A DNA stretch of 64,000 nt. Origin: a virus. This document shows, piece after piece, positions 57,108-64,000 of this stretch. How positions within the stretch are numbered: the stretch's first letter is position 1; the number at the start of each line of letters is the position of its first letter. The stretch lies in the IMG/VR virus record IMGVR_UViG_3300045283_000397, positions 26,565-90,564 of that record; one strand, given 5' to 3'. The notes under the pieces are model-generated. The model was given only the letters and a program-made list of their open reading frames with translations. It was not told the origin of the DNA and ran no database searches. Made by a program: the position numbers and the translations under genes.

Positions 57108-58765
57108 ACAAATGCGCCCATCTCCATAATCGTATTAAAGGCATTGACCTGGAGCACCGGCGCGGGGCCGGGGGAGAAGGCGCCATCGAAGACGGCGGTG
57201 TCGAACACGGAGAAGTCGAACTCCCCGATGGCGGCCGGGGGCGCCGCGCCCGCAACGTTGACCTTCATGCGCACCGCGAGGGCGTGGCCGAGCGCCTGGG
57301 CCGAGAGCCAATTCTTTATGGTTATGGTGGCGCCCGGCCAGACGTCCACGTCCCACTGGGCAGAGTCCCATGCCGCGCCGCCTTGGAGAATGCTGATAGG
57401 CGCCGCGGCAGAAGATGAACCGAAATCCTCGTCTACCTCGAGGAAGGGCGTAATGGACCCCGACGCCACCATGAGGGGCTGGATCATCGTCATGCGCTTG
57501 GTGCGCCCGGGGTCCTCAAACCAATTAAAGGCCACCTGCATATCAGCAGAAATAGGACGCAAGCCGTCTAGGCCCCCCGAATAGGCGAGTTGCACGCCCC
57601 CGGCATTGTCGCCGAAGTAGAGCTGGTCGTTGTAGACCTCGAAGCAATTGGCGTTCCAGCCATTGAACTGGGTCCAGGCGCCCGTGAGGGTATTCATCAC
57701 GAATTGGACTTGCTGGCTGTTCTCGGTCAGCGGAATATTAAGAATGGCCAACGTTTGGGCTGGGTAGTTGATTAGTTGCCAGCCAAAATTATTGGCGTCG
57801 GCCGTGGTGGCGTCGGCCATGGCGTTCTGGATGCGCGAGGTCAGCGATACCGAGCGATCCGCCGAGGGATCGTAGGGCAGCGCCTGGGAGAGCGGCAGCA
57901 GTCCCGCGAGCGTTATGAGCGCGACATCCGCGCCCGAGACGGTGGTGCAGCGCACCCCGATGGGGCGCGCGAGGTTGAACACGCCGACCAGCGCCCAGTT
58001 GTTGGCGTTGGTGGGATCGTCGCCCGAATAGAGCGCGACCTGGCCTTGCGACGAGCCGAACACTGCATAGTCCTGCGGCCCGGTGCCGCCGTCCATAGTC
58101 CAATCGGCCATGAACTGGAGATGGCCCCCCTTAGTGAACAAGGCACCGAGCTCCAGCGAACCCGCTATCGGCCCCGAGATGGCGTCGGTGGGCATGAAGG
58201 CAACTTGCGTGCTGTTGTTGAGCAGGTACCAGAGCCGCCTCTTCTGGGCGTAGATGGAGAAGATGGCCGAAGTACTGGCCCCACCCGGCAATCCAGTGAT
58301 TGCCGGTTGAGTCCATACTGCGCCGTCATATTGTCTAAGGGCATCCTGGCCGTTGGCAAGTTGGATGACCTGGGTGCCGCCCGAGGGCTCGAAATTGACG
58401 TATTGCCAGCGGTTGTTGGTAAGTCCGCTCTGAACAACTGCATTGACTCCGATCGAACTCACGTCGTAGATCTTGCCGCCAGCGGCGGCGAACATGGTCT
58501 GATTGGTAGGGCTCCGGCGCACCATGAGGGTTTCCACCGGGGAGCCGGTGCCAGTGCCCAATCCGATCTGATAAAGCCCGTAGCCGGCACGGAGTTCGAC
58601 CCAACCAGGACGAGGGGTCCAATTTATTAAAATTGGAGCCCTCTTCGGGTCCATCGCCGCGAGCGGCGAGATGGCATCCCAGCCCTCGGTGGGCACCGGG
58701 ACGGCCTTTGTCACGACGTCGGGCTGCGGGAAGGGCGCCTTGGCATAACCCTTGAGCTTGCGCAT
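57104..58765 (-). CDS. Tail hub/nozzle (P22 gp10-like packaged-DNA stabilisation protein)
   Basis: P.PT.GW.A..PLAAM...A..L.NW.P, beta-propeller-like content, NTLTGAWTQF.GW.A.CF. Confidence 0.75.
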   Translation of the reverse strand: MRKLKGYAKAPFPQPDVVTKAVPVPTEGWDAISPLAAMDPKRAPILINWTPRPGWVELRAGYGLYQIGLGTGTGSPVETLMVRRSPTNQTMFAAAGGKIYDVSSIGVNAVVQSGLTNNRWQYVNFEPSGGTQVIQLANGQDALRQYDGAVWTQPAITGLPGGASTSAIFSIYAQKRRLWYLLNNSTQVAFMPTDAISGPIAGSLELGALFTKGGHLQFMADWTMDGGTGPQDYAVFGSSQGQVALYSGDDPTNANNWALVGVFNLARPIGVRCTTVSGADVALITLAGLLPLSQALPYDPSADRSVSLTSRIQNAMADATTADANNFGWQLINYPAQTLAILNIPLTENSQQVQFVMNTLTGAWTQFNGWNANCFEVYNDQLYFGDNAGGVQLAYSGGLDGLRPISADMQVAFNWFEDPGRTKRMTMIQPLMVASGSITPFLEVDEDFGSSSAAAPISILQGGAAWDSAQWDVDVWPGATITIKNWLSAQALGHALAVRMKVNVAGAAPPAAIGEFDFSVFDTAVFDGAFSPGPAPVLQVNAFNTIMEMGAFV

Positions 58766-58834
58766 CAGCAGCCCCGGCAGATATCCGGCGGCGCCGGGGG
58801 GTAGGGCGGGAGTTCTTGCACGGGCCGCTGGTGC

Positions 58835-59275
58835 TTATTTGGAGAGGTGAAATTGGCCGCCCATCAGGGTACCCCCCGAGAGCGCATTGGCCGCGATATA
58901 GAGCATGATTATAATGGCGATGGCGCTGATAATCGTCTTAAGCACATCCTTTAGCGGAACAGGGATAAAGGTAACATAGTCGATGACCATATTAATGATG
59001 TAGACAAATAGGAACAGGCAGATGATACCCACGCCGAGCAGCAGCAGCGTGACCGGGGAGATCGCCGCCGCAGCAACCCCACCCCCGATGCCGAGCGCGG
59101 CGCCGATTGCAAAAAGCCAATAGAGGAATAGCGCGGATCCCACCACCAGCTTAGCGATGCGCTTGAATTGTTCAGCCCCGGCGACCACGAAATCGATGCC
59201 AAGGAAAATGATGGCCCCGATTATCACCAATTCGAAGGTGATAATGACAAAGCCCCAAAGTCCGGTAAGCGACAT
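58835..59275 (-). CDS. Four-TM membrane protein with internal duplication
   Basis: Two hydrophobic hairpins (ID.V...F/LK.I/V.K..I/V). Confidence 0.65.
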   Translation of the reverse strand: MSLTGLWGFVIITFELVIIGAIIFLGIDFVVAGAEQFKRIAKLVVGSALFLYWLFAIGAALGIGGGVAAAAISPVTLLLLGVGIICLFLFVYIINMVIDYVTFIPVPLKDVLKTIISAIAIIIMLYIAANALSGGTLMGGQFHLSK

Positions 59276-59337
59276 TAGAGTTCTCCTGGTTGGCCCCTCA
59301 ATGCATTGAGCATGCGGGCATTCTCATTGTTAAAGGG

Positions 59338-60021
59338 TCAAACAAATCTTAAATCTGTATTATTATATTTGGGCATCTTCTCTAAATTAGAATACACGCG
59401 AGCATAACTTAGCCCCTCACCCTCAGCCGCAGCCTTGATGCTCGGATAAATCGTTCCTGTTTTTATATTCTTAACCGGCTTAGGGTTCCCTACACCATAA
59501 TGACCATTCCGCTCACCAGAAATTCCTTTACCGATTGCCTTGCGCCAAGCTTCAGGCAACTTATCCCCCTTTTTCACCACGCCGCCATTGCCGCCATTCT
59601 TTCTAGCCTTGCGGATGGCAGCGATCCATTTTTCCGAGCGCGGCTTTTTCGCATTTTCGCTACGCTTCCTGCGGGCTTCTTCAGAAAGTATTATTCCAGA
59701 ATGCCCGTCGCCGCCATCGGTCAAATTTATAAGCGTGCCGGCGCCCAAGTCCAGGCGGCCATAATGCTTTATCAGTTCCTTTTCCAGGCGCTGGGCTTCC
59801 GCGTCGCTCCGGCAGCTAGCTACAATTTCAACGCACAACCCATGCTTCTTAACGATGCGATCCCAATGCTTGTTGCTTGGCCGGGGTTCATAGGCCCGTT
59901 CATAGTCGCGCTTTTTAGCGCGCTTGGAATGGCCGCCCTTGCCAACGTAAAAAACTACCCCGTTACTCGCCTTAATGTGAGTGTAGACAAAGAAACGCCA
60001 ATGGTAATAAGGCTTTCTCAT
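59338..60021 (-). CDS. GIY-YIG-like homing endonuclease with NUMOD domains
   Basis: FVYTH...VFYVGKG...RA...E..LI..YGR......L.NLTDGGDG; YPSIKAAA. Confidence 0.8.
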   Translation of the reverse strand: MRKPYYHWRFFVYTHIKASNGVVFYVGKGGHSKRAKKRDYERAYEPRPSNKHWDRIVKKHGLCVEIVASCRSDAEAQRLEKELIKHYGRLDLGAGTLINLTDGGDGHSGIILSEEARRKRSENAKKPRSEKWIAAIRKARKNGGNGGVVKKGDKLPEAWRKAIGKGISGERNGHYGVGNPKPVKNIKTGTIYPSIKAAAEGEGLSYARVYSNLEKMPKYNNTDLRFV

Positions 60022-60078
60022 CGTAGTCCCCCCGGTTATTGCACCGGGGCCAACTATACCATGAATAAAGAAAAAACG

Positions 60079-60804
60079 CTATTGATTTTGGGCCGAGGCA
60101 TTTGCAGCGACCGGGGGCGGCTCGCACGGGATCATGGGCGGCTGGCCCTCAGGCTGGGCGCCATCGCCGCCTTCGCCTCCCCCGCCCAGGGCATCGGCGT
60201 CTATTCGCAGCTCCTCCACGCCGCCCGGGGGACCGCCCTTCTGGAGGAAGGTGGGGATGTTGATAGCGTGGCTGGCCGGCTGGCCGGCGCGGAGCCAGGC
60301 CTCCATGAGGCGCTCGACGCGGTGGTGCGTGATTAGCGCGAGCTGCTTATTGCCCGCTGCGTTCAATGCGTCAGCAAGGCCCTCGAAAGCTCGGGCCTTG
60401 AACGCATTAAAGCTCTCGCCGCCCGGCACGGGCTCGTCGGGGCGCTTCTGCACATACTCAGCAAGCTGCGGCAGCGCCTCCTTGGTGGACTTGCCCGAGA
60501 ATTCGCCCAGATTCCAGGGCCGCAGACCCATCATCGGCACCGGCTCTATGCCCAGCGCTTTGCCGATTATGTCGGCGGTCTCCCGCGCGCGCGAAAGGTC
60601 CGAAGTCGCAATGTAGCCGATGCCCTTGTCCTTGAGTTCGGCGGCAGCCTTCTCGGCCTCCTGCCTTCCCTCATCCGTCAAGGGTACGTCGGTCCAGCCG
60701 CGGATGCGGTCCTGGGAGGTGTCGCTGGTATTATTGAGCTGTGTGGCGCCGTGGCGCACCAGGTAGACGAGGGTGCCGCCGCCAGAGCCATTGGTTTCGG
60801 GCAT
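60079..60804 (-). CDS. Histidine phosphatase (phosphoglycerase-mutase-like)
   Basis: LVRHG, D.PLT..G..EA, SDL.RA.ETA, PGGESF, ITH. Confidence 0.85.
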   Translation of the reverse strand: MPETNGSGGGTLVYLVRHGATQLNNTSDTSQDRIRGWTDVPLTDEGRQEAEKAAAELKDKGIGYIATSDLSRARETADIIGKALGIEPVPMMGLRPWNLGEFSGKSTKEALPQLAEYVQKRPDEPVPGGESFNAFKARAFEGLADALNAAGNKQLALITHHRVERLMEAWLRAGQPASHAINIPTFLQKGGPPGGVEELRIDADALGGGGEGGDGAQPEGQPPMIPCEPPPVAANASAQNQ

Positions 60805-61042
60805 GGGGTTGCTGTCTCCCTCGTCATCGGGTGGTGCCGTGATCGGGGAGCGCCCGTTGATAGGGTGATCGGCCGCGTAGGTGCGCCGGCCGGCTAGGGC
60901 GCGCACCATGGCAGGGCGGTCGGCTAAGGGGGTAGCCACTAGCTGTTAGGCCCTTGCTTGGGCACGGATTGTGGACTCTGGCGCTGAATGAGGCAGCCGG
61001 CGACGATGACCTGGGGCGGATTGGGCTGGGCGGGCTCGGCCA

Positions 61043-61771
61043 TCAATTTTCCCTTCTGAATGGTCCGTGATATTTGATTTCGGCTTCTTTCCGTATCTTA
61101 ATAGCTTCTTCCAACGTTGCTATTCTAAAGCCTAGATAGGTACGCTTCTTATTCGCATTTATATAGGCAGTGAAAGTACCGTTAGAATTTTGAATAACCC
61201 CTCTTACTCCTAATTTATTATTAGAAGGAACCTTGATATTCATAGAATTTTGACTATTAGTGGCTTCGCGTAAATTCTTCCACTTATTGTTCAAGCGCAC
61301 ACCGTCTTTATGATCAACTAAATGTTGAGGCCATTTTCCTGTCATAAATAGCCAAATTATTCGGGGAACATAGGTACCCTTTCCTCCTATACTCACATTC
61401 AATTGCCCGTTGGTTAAACAGCCAGCTGGCTCACCAAACTGTATCCCCCGGCCCTTTACATTCCAACGCAAAACACCTTCCAAGGGATCATAGGTAAATA
61501 ATTGCCTTACAAGTTCAGCTGTTATCTTAATCCCACGGGGCAAATGTTTGCCAATCTTATCACCATGGAGCAAAATAAATTCATCATAGGGCGTTTTAAC
61601 ATGCTTCCAACTCCGCATAACTACTGCATCTCGGATGGTTTCCCCATCTATGTCAAATTTCTCCTCTAAATCCTTATAAATCCAGCCCGCAGCCCTTAGC
61701 CTCCGTAGCTCATGAACCAACACTTCGGTAAGCAGTGCTGATGAATTCTTCTCGCCGTATTGATCGCGCAT
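61043..61771 (-). CDS. HNH homing endonuclease with AP2-like C-terminus
   Basis: YDP.EG, VDHKDG.RLNNKWKNLREATNSQN, GVRGV...YLG...EEA; own TTTACA-N17-TAAAAT promoter at 61799-61827. Confidence 0.85.
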   Translation of the reverse strand: MRDQYGEKNSSALLTEVLVHELRRLRAAGWIYKDLEEKFDIDGETIRDAVVMRSWKHVKTPYDEFILLHGDKIGKHLPRGIKITAELVRQLFTYDPLEGVLRWNVKGRGIQFGEPAGCLTNGQLNVSIGGKGTYVPRIIWLFMTGKWPQHLVDHKDGVRLNNKWKNLREATNSQNSMNIKVPSNNKLGVRGVIQNSNGTFTAYINANKKRTYLGFRIATLEEAIKIRKEAEIKYHGPFRREN

Positions 61772-61860
61772 GGATACCTCCCCTTGGTTAAGGGAGTAAT
61801 TTTAATTAACGTTTAGCCCCTTGTAAAGGGCCTATCGTATGGCAACTAACCTATTGTAAT

Positions 61861-62826
61861 TTAAGCAATATTCGGCCCCACAGGTCCAGGGAAGAAGCCG
61901 TCTTGTACCGAATTGGGGCTGATGAAAATCGGGTTCTGGCGCTTAACAAGCTGGAGCGTCGCGGCGGCGCCGTCGCGGGCCTTGAGGCGGTCCACATAGT
62001 CGATCCAGTCATTCTTCATTTCCGCGTAGCCGAAGCCCTTGCGCTGCCAGAACATCCACTCCAAGCCGAGAATGATGGCCTGATCGTCCAATAGCGGGGT
62101 ATCGTCATCGTTGGCGAAGTATTGGGCGAAAGTGCTGGCGGAGCCGTGCACCGCCACCGCGGCGATGCTGAGGTATTCGAAGACGAGCTGGAGTGGCGAG
62201 GTGATCTCCAGCGGCGGCGGCCAGATGCGAAAGGTATCGGCGTAGGGCCCGATCTTGCGGAAGTGCCGGCGCGGCCCGGTGGCCACTATGCCGGAGCGGT
62301 GCCATTGGTCCATCTGCGGCGAGTCCGGGCCGAGGAGCTCCCACCTATTGGTGCGGTCCCACATCGTGCGGTTATTGAACCAATCAAAGCCCGCCGGCAT
62401 GGGGTAGGTGTCCTGAGCGAACGTGATGATCCCCCCGGTGAGATTCGTGGTAATCCCGGCTTCCATGTCCATGGTCACCTGGGTGGTGGAGTCCACGCTT
62501 TGCACGCGCGCGGCCTGGGGGATGGCGTTGCCCGAGACCGTGAAGTAGTTGGCCACCACGCCGGTGGTGCTACCCAGGTTGGTGATGACGTTGGGCGTGG
62601 CGGTAGAAATGTTGCCCGTGGTAACCACGGGAACATTGACGACGAGGTTATATTCGAACTGCATCGCCGTCCAGCGGTTGCGGCGCCTCAGCTCATCCAA
62701 TGCGCGATTGGCCAGCGCCAGCATCTGCTGGGTGGTGGCGTCGCTATTGCCCACCACGGTGGCCGATTGCGGCAGGCCCAGCTCGGCCTGGGCCGCATTG
62801 ACGATTTGCAGCAAAGTGAGCGGCAT
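61861..62826 (-). CDS. Head-tail adaptor/tail tubular protein
   Basis: TLLQIVNAAQAELGL, YPMPAGFD, RIWPPP, FANDDDTPLLDD. Confidence 0.75.
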   Translation of the reverse strand: MPLTLLQIVNAAQAELGLPQSATVVGNSDATTQQMLALANRALDELRRRNRWTAMQFEYNLVVNVPVVTTGNISTATPNVITNLGSTTGVVANYFTVSGNAIPQAARVQSVDSTTQVTMDMEAGITTNLTGGIITFAQDTYPMPAGFDWFNNRTMWDRTNRWELLGPDSPQMDQWHRSGIVATGPRRHFRKIGPYADTFRIWPPPLEITSPLQLVFEYLSIAAVAVHGSASTFAQYFANDDDTPLLDDQAIILGLEWMFWQRKGFGYAEMKNDWIDYVDRLKARDGAAATLQLVKRQNPIFISPNSVQDGFFPGPVGPNIA

Positions 62827-62841
62827 CTTCGTCGCTTTACC

Positions 62842-63219
62842 TTACTGGCCGGTGCTGGCCCACGCCATCCACTGCTTGGGCTGGAGCTGGAAGAATATCG
62901 CGCCGCGGTTCTGGGCGATGGTCACCGGGTTGGTGCCGAGCGAGCCGAAGAGCGTGTGGCCCACCGGCACGAATACCACGGCCGACGTCGCCGAGACAGT
63001 GCCGTTGGTGATGAACCATTCGGTGCCCACCCGCGCGCCCGCGGGCAAGATGGCCGCGGTTTGAGCGGATTGCGCATTGAGCGCGGTGTTGTGCGTCTTG
63101 ATAATGGCCGCGGCGGCGGCCGTGGTGCCGGTGCAAGTCAGGCCGGTGGGCTGGTTGCCCAGCACGGCGGCCAGCAAGGGCGACATGCCCAAGCCGGTAA
63201 GATCGTCCGAGGTCGGCAT
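62842..63219 (-). CDS. Hypothetical virion-module protein
   Basis: AAGGAG RBS. Confidence 0.6.
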   Translation of the reverse strand: MPTSDDLTGLGMSPLLAAVLGNQPTGLTCTGTTAAAAAIIKTHNTALNAQSAQTAAILPAGARVGTEWFITNGTVSATSAVVFVPVGHTLFGSLGTNPVTIAQNRGAIFFQLQPKQWMAWASTGQ

Positions 63220-63238
63220 CGCGTTTCTCCTTTAGGGG

Positions 63239-63267
63239 TTTACTTCCGAGAGAACCTAGTATATGAT
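63239..63267 (+). promoter_or_regulatory. Promoter TTTACT-N17-TATGAT
   Basis: Promoter family; leader carries GGAACTGGG before ATG 63297. Confidence 0.65.
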
Positions 63268-63296
63268 ACTAGGACTAGGCAGAAGGAACTGGGAAC

Positions 63297-63560
63297 ATGA
63301 TTAAACTAAGCACAGCCCAACAGCGCACTTTAGATGCTATCCGCGCCCATGGCGGCATGGCCACGCCCGAAGGAGGCGGCTGGTGGAAGGGCTTGGATAA
63401 CGAGCGGCTCTACATCGAAGCCAGCAGTAACGGAGTATTACAGGGCGAAAAGGTGGCCGTGGGGACTACAACCATCTATTCGTTGGAGCGCCGCGGCCTT
63501 CTTCAACGCCGCATGTTTTCCAAGCACGCCTGGAAAGACAGCTATGTCATCTCTAAATAA
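63297..63560 (+). CDS. Antisense moron, winged-helix-like protein
   Basis: KLSTAQQRTL...TTIYSLERRGLL. Confidence 0.65.
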   Translation: MIKLSTAQQRTLDAIRAHGGMATPEGGGWWKGLDNERLYIEASSNGVLQGEKVAVGTTTIYSLERRGLLQRRMFSKHAWKDSYVISK

Positions 63561-63816
63561 TGATCTCTCCATCCCCGCCTTCCTGCTGGTGGCCAATCGC
63601 GAGCCGCTGGATGAGGCGGCCAAGGCGCGCGTTAAGCGCTTCTTGGCCCAGCGCCCCGGCCAGGGGGTAGACACTCCGCGCTGGTACAAGGGCGCGCGCA
63701 GCCAGCTGCCCAAAACCATGACGCCCGAGGCCTGGGCGCTACTCAAACAGATCACCGAGGAGCGCGCCGCGCGCCAGCGCGAACGCCTAGCGGCGCTCAA
63801 GGCCAGCAAAGGCTAG
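63545..63816 (+). CDS. Hypothetical protein (DLSIPAFL motif); start approximate
   Basis: Overlaps the upstream moron. Confidence 0.5.
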
Positions 63817-64000
63817 GCCGGCGCAAACTTACGGCCATGGAGGTTGGGCTTGGGCTCGGCCTTCTTGGCCGAGCCCCGGCGCTGGCGGACCAGCTCGTTG
63901 CTGGGACTGGTGGCGTTTATCTGGGCGGTGGCGGCGTCGTAGGGCGCGGCGCGGCTGTGCTCCGGGCCCACCATGGCCGGGCCGCCGGGATGCTGCGGGC

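Noticed and set aside
176-63300. Many long opposite-strand ORFs in the track (e.g. 176..1189, 20325..21284, 52832..53848, 62122..63300)
   Set aside because: Shadow ORFs of high-GC genes with no motifs or RBS
1-64000. Integrated prophage with host flanks
   Set aside because: No integrase, att site or host housekeeping genes; all content is phage-like

Overview
The window is most of the genome of a high-GC tailed phage, probably podovirus-like with an alphaproteobacterial host (GcrA-like and NusG-like genes, P22-type tail and ejection module). No integrase, repressor, portal or major capsid gene is visible; portal and capsid probably lie just outside the window. From left to right: terminase and accessory genes (HAD phosphatase, GcrA-like, HiPIP-like, FN3, cold-shock protein, intact orphan TnpB, NusG); a divergent non-coding control/origin region; AEP primase and early genes; a replication block (two UvrD-like helicases, family A DNA polymerase, SSB, SNF2 helicase) enclosing a thymidine-hypermodification cluster (dUMP-hydroxymethylase-like thymidylate synthase, HD nucleotidase, Nmad1, GREB1/TAGT glycosyltransferase, aGPT-Pplase1/HMUDK helical domain); then lysis, tail fibre, ejection and tail genes interrupted by antisense morons and homing endonucleases. 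Three observations stand out. (1) A self-promoted Ro60/TROVE gene is preceded by two tandem Y RNAs, one a permuted tRNA mimic. (2) A predicted hmU-glycosylation (base J-like) pathway is present without a TET/JBP enzyme or a visible kinase. (3) A GGAACTGGG motif recurs just before 6-7 start codons, and its exact complement sits in the loop of a structured intergenic element, suggesting an undescribed phage antisense-RNA regulon. All family calls come from motif recognition by eye; no database searches were run.
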